Sequence record: SRR2962707_3083
Strand: one strand, 5' to 3'
Length of the DNA: 55,542 nucleotides
Position 1 is the stretch's first letter; every line of letters begins with the position of its first letter. The notes under the pieces were generated by a model. It was not told the DNA's origin and did no database searches. It worked only from the letters and a program-made list of their open reading frames with translations. Both the position numbers and the translations under genes were made by a program. Positions 47,489-55,542 of this stretch are shown here, piece after piece.

Positions 47489-47520
47489 ATCGACAGGTCA
47501 ATAAATTATCGAAAATAATG
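47489..47520. promoter_or_regulatory. Putative GntR operator/promoter cassette, copy 1
   Basis: ATCGACAGGTCAATAAATTATCGAAAATAATG; 26/32 identical to 51158-51189; contains a minus-strand TTGAC. Confidence 0.65.
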
Positions 47521-47644
47521 GTATTTGCCGATTGTGTGCGATACTCCTGATTGGCTCGAAGCATTGGTCGTGACATAAAACGCTCTGATTGGACCGAATC
47601 GCAGGGCAGAGACTTGGAAACAGTAGGGCTGGGAGGAAGCGTGG

Positions 47645-48307
47645 ATGAATGTTGAGAACACGCTCAATGCAACGGTGTTCACTCAGCTGCGCGAGGATAT
47701 CCTTGCAGGCAAGCTCAAGCCGGGGGAGCGCCTCCGCACCGAGACGCTAAGGCAGCGCTACGATGTGGGCGGAAGCCCGGTGCGCGAGGCGCTGATGCGG
47801 CTCGAAGCGGAGGGTTTTGTTCTTCTCGAGCAGAACAAGGGGTTTAGCGTGGCAGGCGTTTCGCTCGCCCATCTGGAGGATCTGACAGCCTCACGCATTG
47901 AAATCGAGGCAATTGCCTTGCGATGGTCGGTAGAGCGGGGCAAGGTCGACTGGGAGGTGCAGCTTATCGGTGCAATGCACCGGCTTGCGAGTGTTTCCAA
48001 GGGAGCGGCGGGCAAACCCTACGAGCGCAACACAGATTGGATGCACTATCATCGCGACTTTCATCGTGCGCTCGTTGCCGGCTGCGGATCGCAAACGCTA
48101 ATTGAGATTCGCCAGCGACTGTTTGACCAGGCCGAACGCTATGTGGCGCTTTCAATTTCAGCCAAGGGTGAAATCCGTGACGATGTCGCCGAACACCAGG
48201 GCATCATGGGGGCAGCCATTGATCGTGATGTGGAGCTCACGCTCAGGTTGAACCGGGAGCATATCGAGCGCACCACGGAAAAGCTCAAGCACCAGTATTC
48301 ATTCTGA
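47645..48307 (+). CDS. GntR family regulator (FadR/FCD)
   Basis: LREDILAGKLKPGERL, SPVREALMRL, HRDFHRAL, AEHQGI. Confidence 0.92.
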   Translation: MNVENTLNATVFTQLREDILAGKLKPGERLRTETLRQRYDVGGSPVREALMRLEAEGFVLLEQNKGFSVAGVSLAHLEDLTASRIEIEAIALRWSVERGKVDWEVQLIGAMHRLASVSKGAAGKPYERNTDWMHYHRDFHRALVAGCGSQTLIEIRQRLFDQAERYVALSISAKGEIRDDVAEHQGIMGAAIDRDVELTLRLNREHIERTTEKLKHQYSF

Positions 48308-48320
48308 TTTCGATAACGTC

Positions 48321-48347
48321 GGCTGGCGACCCATCGGGCCGCCAGCC
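48321..48347. terminator. Stem-loop between convergent genes
   Basis: GGCTGGCG-A-CCC/GGG-C-CGCCAGCC. Confidence 0.6.
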
Positions 48348-48354
48348 AGATCGT

Positions 48355-49122
48355 TTAGTGCCCGCTACCATGGGACGCCCATGGCATGACCAGACGCTCG
48401 ACAAGAACGACGGCACCGAACAGCGCTATCCCAAGCAGGCTGAGCCACACGAGGGCAGCCCAGGCCAAAGCACCGTTGAGTTGAGAGTTGGCAGTCAGCA
48501 GCAAATTGCCCAATCCCTCACTTGATCCCACGAACTCCCCGATGACCGCGCCGATGACCGTCAGTGTTACCGCAACCTTGGCGCCGGCAAACACGAAGGG
48601 CAGGGCTGCCGGCAGCTGGACCTTATAGAACACCTGCCATCGAGACGCCCGCAGCGATCTGGCCAATTCCAGCAATCCTTTGGGCGTTGAGCGCAGGCCG
48701 GTCGCCGTATCCACCACTATGGGAAAGAATGCCACGAGGAAGGCAATTGCCAGCTTGGACTCGATACCGAGCCCGAACCACACGATGATGATCGGTGCAA
48801 CTGCCACTTTCGGTACAGACTGCATGGCGATCAAGATTGGATACAGAGTCAGGTTCAATGCTCGCGAATTGCTGACCGCAACGGCCATCGGTATCCCGAT
48901 TCCGATGGCCAGCGCAAAGCCCAGCACGCATTCGAGCAGCGTTGGCCAGAGGTGGCGCAGAAGGATATGAAAATTGACAATCGTTGCATAACTTATGTCG
49001 ATGGGGCTCGGAAGCACGATCGTGTTGATATTGAAGAGGTCGGTGTACCCCTGCCAGACCAGCAGAATTACGGCCAGGCCGATAATCGGATAAATCGTTT
49101 GCGTGACGTTTCTCATGTTCAT
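48355..49122 (-). CDS. NitT/TauT-type ABC permease
   Basis: VLPSP, QSVPKVAVAP, LELARSLRAS, GAVIGEF. Confidence 0.92.
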   Translation of the reverse strand: MNMRNVTQTIYPIIGLAVILLVWQGYTDLFNINTIVLPSPIDISYATIVNFHILLRHLWPTLLECVLGFALAIGIGIPMAVAVSNSRALNLTLYPILIAMQSVPKVAVAPIIIVWFGLGIESKLAIAFLVAFFPIVVDTATGLRSTPKGLLELARSLRASRWQVFYKVQLPAALPFVFAGAKVAVTLTVIGAVIGEFVGSSEGLGNLLLTANSQLNGALAWAALVWLSLLGIALFGAVVLVERLVMPWASHGSGH

Positions 49123-49937
49123 CTTACAATTCCCAGAGCTCGACTGGCGGCAAGCTCGTAACCGTTGAACTGTTGTCCGTAGCGCATCTGGTTCTGACGG
49201 GGGTAAGGCAGCGTTACCTCGATCGTTTCGCAGATGGTGGAGGGGCGTGTTGAAAAGACCGCCACGGCATCGGAAAGATAAATCGCCTCTGAAATTGAAT
49301 GCGTCACAAAAAGGACGCTGACATTTGTGCGTTCACGTATAGCGAGCAACAGGTCGTGCATTTCCAGGCGCTTGAGTTCGTCCAGCGCGCCAAACGGCTC
49401 ATCCATCAGCAATAGCTTTGCGTCATGGACCAGCGCGCGGCACAGGGCCACGCGTTGCTGCATGCCTCCCGAGAGTTCGGATGGATATCGGCTTTCGAAC
49501 CCGGCGAGCCCCACCAAATCGAGCAGCTCAAGCGCGCGCTCGCGCCCGCTCTGGTTCATTTCCCCACGAACTTCCAGCGGAAAAAGCACATTCCTGAGCA
49601 CGGTGCGCCAAGGCATCAGGTTGGGCTGCTGGAAGACGAACGCGAAGTCAGGGTGGGGCCCAGAGATGAGGTTTCCCTCGATCTCGACCGTGCCCGATGT
49701 GGCACTTTCCAAGCCTGCCACGATTCGGAGGAACGTGGTTTTGCCGCAGCCGCTCGGTCCGAGAAGGCTGATCAACTTACCTTTTTCGAGATTGAGGGAA
49801 ACGTCCTCGATGGCCGTGAGGCTTTCGCCACCGCCTAAGCCGTATCGCTTTCCGATCGAAGAGAACTTCCCAAAGGGCTCAGAAGGATGAGCAAGCCTCC
49901 TGGAGGCTTGCTCATGATGTGGGTCGAATGTTGTCAC
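49119..49937 (-). CDS. NitT/TauT-type ABC ATP-binding protein
   Basis: GPSGCGKT, LSGGMQQR, LMDEPFGALD; GTG start. Confidence 0.92.
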   Translation of the reverse strand: MTTFDPHHEQASRRLAHPSEPFGKFSSIGKRYGLGGGESLTAIEDVSLNLEKGKLISLLGPSGCGKTTFLRIVAGLESATSGTVEIEGNLISGPHPDFAFVFQQPNLMPWRTVLRNVLFPLEVRGEMNQSGRERALELLDLVGLAGFESRYPSELSGGMQQRVALCRALVHDAKLLLMDEPFGALDELKRLEMHDLLLAIRERTNVSVLFVTHSISEAIYLSDAVAVFSTRPSTICETIEVTLPYPRQNQMRYGQQFNGYELAASRALGIVR

Positions 49938-50044
49938 GTCTTCACCAGTCCAGACGGTATCCCGCAGACTTCTATTGCTGCTATGCGGACACCCAATAAA
50001 TCAAAGGCTTGAAACATCCATTCCCAGCCCATTGAATAGAATCT

Positions 50045-51073
50045 CTAGGGCGCGATCGGGGGGTCAGGCAGAAAGCGGGTTTCATAGATATCTTCTGCCA
50101 TGGGCGCGGTGCCGGTTATGCCGATGTGTTCGACGACGAAATCCACGCCCGCTGCCATCTTGGCAGGATCAAACCAGCCAAGCCCGTTTGCCAGCGTATC
50201 GTCGGTTAGCGCGAGGTCACGAACCACGTCGATTTCAGCAAGAACCACCGCCTTGTCCAGTCCATCCACGTTGCTGAGAATGTGATCGGCCGCAGCGTCC
50301 GGGTTTGCCAAGGTGAACTCCCAGCCCCTGAGTGCTGCGCGAACGAAGCCTTCTGCGATTTCTGGGTTCTGCTCGAGATAATCGCCGGTCGCGCCGATGC
50401 CGTTGGAATACAGCTCAAGGCCGTGATCGGCCAACAGGAACGTCCTGAGTTCTGTGCCGGCGTCGGCCGCGCCTGCTTCGAGACCCGGACGGGCCATCAC
50501 GAAGAATTCGATTGCCGGAACCTGGCCGCTGAGAAGGGTGCTTGCCCGCGCGGGTGGTGCGACGTTGACGATCTGCAACGTGGAACTGTCGAGGCCATTC
50601 TGAGCCATGAAGCCGGCGATGACCTGGGGGGTAATGCTGCCCGCGCCGCTGCCTAATGAAAGACCTTCGAGACCCGAAGCTTCGGTCACATCCGCGCCAT
50701 TCGCCAGTGAGAAGACGGCATAGGGTGCTTTCTGGTAGTTGACTGTGACCATTTTAATGTCGGTGCCACCGGCATGGGCCAGGACAACCCCCGGCAAGTC
50801 GACAAAACCGAACTGAGCGGTGTTGGACGCTATTGCCTGCATGACCTGAGCAGTGCCTTGGGCAGGAATTATGGAAACATCGAGCCCTTCTTCTTCGAAA
50901 TACCCCTCTTCGAGCGCGGCATACCATGCCGCGTGTCGACCGAGCGGAATGAAGTCGAGCGAGAAGACGATGGGCGTCAACTCGTCCTGCCCCTGAGCTG
51001 CCAAAGGCAGCACGGTTACCGATGCCAGACTCATTGCGATGCTCAGGCCCAGGCCTGACCAAACCTTAATCAT
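50045..51073 (-). CDS. NMT1/THI5-like ABC substrate-binding protein
   Basis: Signal peptide, GYFEEEGLDV, YSNGI, FVRAALRGW; start ATG 51073 with GGGAG RBS. Confidence 0.88.
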   Translation of the reverse strand: MIKVWSGLGLSIAMSLASVTVLPLAAQGQDELTPIVFSLDFIPLGRHAAWYAALEEGYFEEEGLDVSIIPAQGTAQVMQAIASNTAQFGFVDLPGVVLAHAGGTDIKMVTVNYQKAPYAVFSLANGADVTEASGLEGLSLGSGAGSITPQVIAGFMAQNGLDSSTLQIVNVAPPARASTLLSGQVPAIEFFVMARPGLEAGAADAGTELRTFLLADHGLELYSNGIGATGDYLEQNPEIAEGFVRAALRGWEFTLANPDAAADHILSNVDGLDKAVVLAEIDVVRDLALTDDTLANGLGWFDPAKMAAGVDFVVEHIGITGTAPMAEDIYETRFLPDPPIAP

Positions 51074-51157
51074 GGTCGTTCTCCCTTTGAACGGTTTTCG
51101 CACACTCCCAGCCCTCTCGGGAGTACGTACGCATTATGTGCAGCCAATCCGATAATA

Positions 51158-51189
51158 ATCGACTAGTCAAATTATTTTCGAAAATAATG
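51158..51189. promoter_or_regulatory. Putative GntR operator/promoter cassette, copy 2
   Basis: Perfect 18-bp palindrome ATTATTTTCGAAAATAAT (51171-51188) next to a minus-strand TTGAC in a divergent gap. Confidence 0.7.
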
Positions 51190-51266
51190 TTGATTATCGG
51201 CATGCTCTCAGCTACCCAAAAGGCATGGACGGCTCGCTTTGCCGTCGCTTTATAGTGGAGTTGTCT

Positions 51267-52343
51267 ATGCCGGTTTCAGTTGGAGCCACCGCGCTGAGGG
51301 ACTATGTCGCCGACATGTTTGTGGCCGCGGGGCTGGATTCAGACGCGGCAGGAACCGTTGCGGAAAGCCTTGTCGATTCCGACCAGCTTGGTCTGAATTC
51401 TCATGGCGTGATGCTGGCCGATATGTATCTCAAGCGGCTTCAGGCAGGGTCGGTATCGTTGCATACCAAGCCCGAGCTTGTATCGGAGCAGGGCGTTAGC
51501 GTGGTGCTCGATGGCCGAAACGCTTTTGGCGTGCTTGTGGCGGATTATGCAATGGACATGGCCATCGCAAAGGCAAAAGAGATGGGCTCAGGAATTGTTG
51601 CGGTCCGTCATGCCTTCCATTTTGGCGCGGCAAGGCGTTTTGCAGTGGCGGCGGCGCGGGCCGACTGTGTGGGCATCGCAATGTGCAACACGCGACCGTT
51701 GATGCCCGCGCCGGGCGGTGCGGAGCGGGTGGTTGGCAATAACCCGATTGCCATTGCTATCCCGACCGATGATTCTGTCCCCCTGGTGCTAGACATGGCT
51801 ACCAGCGAGGCAGCCATGGGCAAGATTCGCATGGCCGCCAAGCGTGGTGAGGCAATCCCTCACACTTGGGCGGTTCAGGCGGATGGCTCTCCCACGACAG
51901 ATCCCACGGCAGCTATTGCAGGCATGCTATTACCCAGCGCCGGTCCCAAGGGTTATGGCTTGGCACTGATGATTGATCTGATGTGCGGGTTGCTTTCGGG
52001 TGGCGCCTTTGGTGTTGGCGTTCAGCCGTTATACGGAGATATGGAGCAGCCTTACGACTGCGCCCATTTGTTTATCGCCATTAATGTCGCTCACTTTACC
52101 GATCCGGCGACAGCGCGGGCGCAGGCCGAAGCTGTGGCCAGAAGTATACGTGCGGGCGCTCGCGCGCCCAGCGTAGAGCGGCTTTATACACCCGGAGAAC
52201 CCGAGTGGCTCAAGCGCGCCGGTGCTGCCGATACCGTTACTGTTGATGATGCTGTTCTCGATCATCTCGCTGAACTGGGCGGTAGCGTCGGTCTGGAGCC
52301 AATGCGAGTGAATACGCCACGACCTATCAAGAAAGAGACGTAA
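51267..52343 (+). CDS. Ldh_2 family (type 2 malate/L-lactate dehydrogenase-like) oxidoreductase
   Basis: SHG, HFGAA, GNNPIA, LDMATS, GPKGYGL, YTPGE; start ATG 51267. Confidence 0.9.
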   Translation: MPVSVGATALRDYVADMFVAAGLDSDAAGTVAESLVDSDQLGLNSHGVMLADMYLKRLQAGSVSLHTKPELVSEQGVSVVLDGRNAFGVLVADYAMDMAIAKAKEMGSGIVAVRHAFHFGAARRFAVAAARADCVGIAMCNTRPLMPAPGGAERVVGNNPIAIAIPTDDSVPLVLDMATSEAAMGKIRMAAKRGEAIPHTWAVQADGSPTTDPTAAIAGMLLPSAGPKGYGLALMIDLMCGLLSGGAFGVGVQPLYGDMEQPYDCAHLFIAINVAHFTDPATARAQAEAVARSIRAGARAPSVERLYTPGEPEWLKRAGAADTVTVDDAVLDHLAELGGSVGLEPMRVNTPRPIKKET

Positions 52344-52344
52344 T

Positions 52345-52746
52345 ATGCCCAAACAGGAAATTTCCACCTCAAATCTGCGCACGCCCAATGGGCACTTCTC
52401 CCAGGCCACAACCATCGAGGCCAAGGGAAAGCTCGTGTTCATTTCCGGCATGACCGCACGCAAGCCCGACGGCACCATTGCCGGCATTGGCGATGTCTCT
52501 GAACAGACCCGGCAGGTTTGCGAGAACATCAAGGCCGCGGTTGAGATGGCCGGCGGCACACTGGCCGATGTGTGCAGGGTGGACGTCTATGTCCGCAACA
52601 TTGAGGATTTCGACAAGATTCATGCCGTGCGTAGGGAGTACTTCCAATCCCCCCTTCCGGCGTCCACCATGGTTGAAGTGAGCAAGATGGTGTTCCCCGA
52701 ATACCTGATCGAAATCAGCGCTATTGCCGTGCTTCCGGACGCATGA
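52345..52746 (+). CDS. RidA/YjgF family protein
   Basis: FSQA, VFISG, VRREYF, PASTMVEV, LIEISAIA; 133 aa. Confidence 0.92.
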   Translation: MPKQEISTSNLRTPNGHFSQATTIEAKGKLVFISGMTARKPDGTIAGIGDVSEQTRQVCENIKAAVEMAGGTLADVCRVDVYVRNIEDFDKIHAVRREYFQSPLPASTMVEVSKMVFPEYLIEISAIAVLPDA

Positions 52747-53645
52747 GCACTGTGTTGAAACTCGCAGTACTTGAATTTCATGGTGCCGAAAGGCTCGCTT
52801 TTGTGGAGGGCAAGAGGCTTCGGCTATTGCCGCCGCAGTTTGTTGGGCTGCAGTCTGCAATCAACGCAGGTGAGGCGGCGCTTGCCGCCTTATCGAGCCA
52901 GCCCGCACTGGAGGTCATTGCCTTCGATCAAACACTCTTGCGCGCGCCGCGTTCCACGCTGCGCCGTGACGTGTTGTGCGCCGGCTGGAACTATTGGGAT
53001 CACTTCGAGGAAGGAAAGGGGCGGCGAGACGGACAGGACGTCGATCGCCCCGAGCATCCTACGTTCTTCACCAAGGGCCCCGATACAATCGTTGGGCCCT
53101 ATGACGGCATAGCGTTCGACGACACGATCTCGTCAAAGTGGGATTACGAAGTCGAGATGGCGTTGATCATCGGCCGGGACGGCCGCAACATTCCCGTGGA
53201 AACGGCGCTCGCTCACGTGTTCGGCTATTGTCTTGCCAACGACATTTCGCAGCGCGATCTGCAGCGGGCCCATGGTGGTCAATGGCTGAAGGGCAAATCG
53301 ATTGACGGTACGATGCCTTTGGGACCCTATGTAACGCTTGCCCATGGCTTGGACCCTCAGGACGTTGACCTTGAGTGCAGTGTAAACGGCGAAGTCGTTC
53401 AGTCGGCCAGCACGCGACTCATGGCGTTCACTGTCGCGCAATTGATCGCTGAACTGTCGGCCGGAATGACGCTGAGGGCAGGGGATATCGTCCTGACAGG
53501 AACCCCCGCGGGCGTTGGAAATGCGCGCACCCCACAACTGTTCCTCGACGATGGCGACGAAGTGATTTGCCGGAGCAGCGTCCTTGGGGAACTGAGAAAT
53601 ACAATGACAGCGACTGACCTGCATTCACCCTGGTCGGGACAATAG
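52743..53645 (+). CDS. Fumarylacetoacetate hydrolase family protein
   Basis: CAGWNYWDH, DYEVE, NDISQRD, WLKGKS, TGTPAGVG. Confidence 0.92.
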   Translation: MSTVLKLAVLEFHGAERLAFVEGKRLRLLPPQFVGLQSAINAGEAALAALSSQPALEVIAFDQTLLRAPRSTLRRDVLCAGWNYWDHFEEGKGRRDGQDVDRPEHPTFFTKGPDTIVGPYDGIAFDDTISSKWDYEVEMALIIGRDGRNIPVETALAHVFGYCLANDISQRDLQRAHGGQWLKGKSIDGTMPLGPYVTLAHGLDPQDVDLECSVNGEVVQSASTRLMAFTVAQLIAELSAGMTLRAGDIVLTGTPAGVGNARTPQLFLDDGDEVICRSSVLGELRNTMTATDLHSPWSGQ

Positions 53646-53672
53646 CGGCTCGGTCGCGCGAAGGAGGAAAGA

Positions 53673-54464
53673 ATGACGCAAGATAACGGTTTTGCCATTG
53701 CCCAAGAGCGCGGCATCACGCTTGGCGAAATTGGCCATCGTATTGTCGAGGAAAACGATCTGACCCGGGTCTGGGAAGTGCGGCTTGAGCCGGGCGAGGA
53801 GTTGGGTTTCCACACTCACTACCACCCGTATTACGTCGTTTCACTTGGCGGTGGTGCCAATGAGATCGAGACGATCTTCGGCGAGAAGATCGCGACCGAA
53901 GAGCCGCTGGGTCACACCACCTTTATCAACGACCCACGGGCGATCCATAAGCTCACGAATCGCTCTGACCAGACCTATCTGTCCCGACTGATCGAGTTCA
54001 AATCGGTTCGCTGGGTGTATGAGGATGACCCGTCCAACCCGGTTCCAGAGCAGCCAGAAGGTGGCGGTGCACCGGAGGGCTACGAGGCGGCTTTCAAAGA
54101 AATTCTTATTCACGCGGCCACACTGCCGTGGTCACCCAAGTCGCTGCCGGGACTATCGCAGAAAATGCTGTGGCGAAATGAAGAGACTGGCGCGTCGATC
54201 GCCCTGATCCGTTTTGAAAAAGGCGTCGGCATACCCAACGCCCACTCCCACGCTTCCAACCAGTTCATGTTCTGTCTGTCGGGGCAGTACCGCTATATTC
54301 CGACCGGCACGACGCTGGTGGCTGGGTCGTTTTACTGCAATCCCATCGGCAGCATACATGGGCCAACCGTTGCCGATGAGACTACGGTGTTTCTCGAAAT
54401 CTACGATGGGCCGCACTATCCGGTGCAGCCGCCCTGGTACACAAATGAGGAAGACGCCCACTGA
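53673..54464 (+). CDS. Two-domain cupin protein (small cupin + ChrR/Dke1/DAD-like cupin)
   Basis: Domain 1 LEPGEELGFHTH...IHKLTN; Pro/Gly/Glu linker; domain 2 AHSH...GSFYCNPIGSIHGP; AGGAGG RBS. Confidence 0.8.
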   Translation: MTQDNGFAIAQERGITLGEIGHRIVEENDLTRVWEVRLEPGEELGFHTHYHPYYVVSLGGGANEIETIFGEKIATEEPLGHTTFINDPRAIHKLTNRSDQTYLSRLIEFKSVRWVYEDDPSNPVPEQPEGGGAPEGYEAAFKEILIHAATLPWSPKSLPGLSQKMLWRNEETGASIALIRFEKGVGIPNAHSHASNQFMFCLSGQYRYIPTGTTLVAGSFYCNPIGSIHGPTVADETTVFLEIYDGPHYPVQPPWYTNEEDAH

Positions 54465-55438
54465 TGGAGCGCTCCGGCTGGGACGTACATACGCATCTGT
54501 TGCCGGCGGGATTGGCAGATATTGCCGCTTCTGGCCGATATGGGATGTCAGTCGATGGCGGCAATGTGTGTGTCCACGACGCCAGACTTTCCCTCGCCAC
54601 CATAGGCAATCCGGAGGCGCTCTTATCGCGGCTGGACAGGGACGGGCTGGAAGGGGCAATTGTCGCCATTCCACCCCCGCTGTTTCGGGCGGATTTGTCT
54701 GTCGATTTGCGATCTTATTACGTGGAGGCGATGAACTCGGGTCTGCTTGAGACCGTCGCTGCCTATCCTCGCCTGCGCCCGCTGGCTTATCTGCCAACCG
54801 AGCAACCCGAACTGGCGGCAGAAGTCGCGCGGAAGCTCGATCACCGCTGGGCGGGTGTAACGGTAGGCACGGTGCTTGGTGGTTACAGCTATGCCGATCC
54901 GGCGTTTCATCCGCTCTGGCAGACGTTGAGCGACGCGGGGCTGCCGGTGCTTTTACACCCTTCAGAGTCTCCAGATCCACGGATGGCGCCGTTCTACTTT
55001 TCCAACCTGTTGGGCAATCCATTCGAAACCACCCTGGCCGCCGCTCAATTGATCTTCGGTGATATCCCGGCGCGTTTTCCAGCGTTGAAAGTCATTCTTG
55101 CCCATGGCGGCGGCGCGAGTGCGGCGCTTATTGGACGGTGGCAACGCGGTACCGATACAGCCCGGCCAGGTATTGGGCCGCTGGGTCTTTCCCCCACCGG
55201 GGCCCTGCGGTGGTTCTACGCCGACACCATCGTGCACCATCCCGTCGTCCTGGGTTTTCTTGTGGCACTCTTCGGGGAAGACCATCTGCTCTTGGGCAGC
55301 GACTGGCCATTCCCCATGGGTGCCCCATCGGCCGAATATGACGTCGCCGGACTGGTTCCGGCCTTGCGCGAGAAAGTGCGCGGTACAAACGCCGAAGCAG
55401 TATTTGGACGGCGGTTGGCAGCGCAGGACGAAGGGTAA
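54464..55438 (+). CDS. Amidohydrolase 2 family, ACMSD-like metal-dependent decarboxylase/hydratase
   Basis: DVHTH, VLLHP, GNPFETT, LAHGGG, IGRW, LGSDWPF. Confidence 0.88.
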   Translation: MERSGWDVHTHLLPAGLADIAASGRYGMSVDGGNVCVHDARLSLATIGNPEALLSRLDRDGLEGAIVAIPPPLFRADLSVDLRSYYVEAMNSGLLETVAAYPRLRPLAYLPTEQPELAAEVARKLDHRWAGVTVGTVLGGYSYADPAFHPLWQTLSDAGLPVLLHPSESPDPRMAPFYFSNLLGNPFETTLAAAQLIFGDIPARFPALKVILAHGGGASAALIGRWQRGTDTARPGIGPLGLSPTGALRWFYADTIVHHPVVLGFLVALFGEDHLLLGSDWPFPMGAPSAEYDVAGLVPALREKVRGTNAEAVFGRRLAAQDEG

Positions 55439-55442
55439 ATGA

Positions 55443-55542
55443 GTCCGCTGCAAGTCGGTATCCGAGCACGACCTGCCGCAAGAAATCGACAACCTCAAGC
55501 GCCACGATGTAACTCTGAAACGCATCATGAATGCGGTCGAGA
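55443..55542 (+). pseudogene. Probable 5'-truncated Fic-family gene fragment (runs off window)
   Basis: Frame with no start codon and a preceding TGA reads EHDLPQEIDNLKRHDVTLKRIMNAVE, resembling (from recall) the C-terminal region of long alphaproteobacterial Fic proteins. Confidence 0.45.

Noticed and set aside
55439..55542. New gene starting at ATG 55439 (MSPLQVGIRARP...)
   Set aside because: The translation looks non-coding; the adjacent start-less frame is the more protein-like one.
1..55542. CRISPR array, IS/transposase, integrase, tRNA/rRNA, prophage
   Set aside because: No regularly spaced repeats, terminal inverted repeats, recombinase motifs or RNA-gene signatures seen; intergenic gaps are short.

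Overview
GC-rich bacterial DNA, most likely from an alphaproteobacterium (inferred from gene families and promoter style). It is densely packed with catabolic and uptake genes: about 54 intact CDS and three gene remnants. I found no rRNA, tRNA, CRISPR array, transposase or integrase. Six modules can be read. (1) 45-4761: N-formylglutamate amidohydrolase, glutamine-synthetase-like ligase, ALDH and Fe-ADH, the known gamma-glutamylation route for ethanolamine or small amines. (2) 4798-8181: a MarR-linked operon with a Tat-exported KstD-like flavoprotein, a monoheme cytochrome c and a degenerate hydrolase. (3) 8314-23830: a probable TetR regulon, marked by three TCTACA-N2-TGTAGA-like boxes, with a Dpp-type ABC importer, two hydrolases, two aldo-keto reductases lacking the catalytic His, a Zn-dehydrogenase, an SDR, an O-methyltransferase-fold protein with eroded SAM motifs, a shortened amidohydrolase and an adjacent MFS. 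(4) 24106-31424: an amidohydrolase translationally coupled to a COG0523 metallochaperone, plus a Liv-type ABC importer. (5) 31596-43375: an aromatic-amine-type module (Tm-1-like protein, IclR, transaminase, MoaE-like SDR, MoaF, FeaR-like AraC, ALDH, GMC oxidoreductase) with an orphan hpaR whose hpa operon appears collapsed to a ~210 bp scar, and HpaR-like boxes in front of the neighbouring regulators. (6) 43569-55438: a GntR module with a duplicated operator, two NitT/TauT ABC importers and an Ldh2/RidA/FAH/bicupin/ACMSD-like operon, followed by a probable Fic-gene remnant at the window edge. Modules 2, 3, 5 and 6 are the best candidates for undescribed pathways. All family assignments come from motif recognition by eye, not database searches, and substrates cannot be determined from sequence alone.
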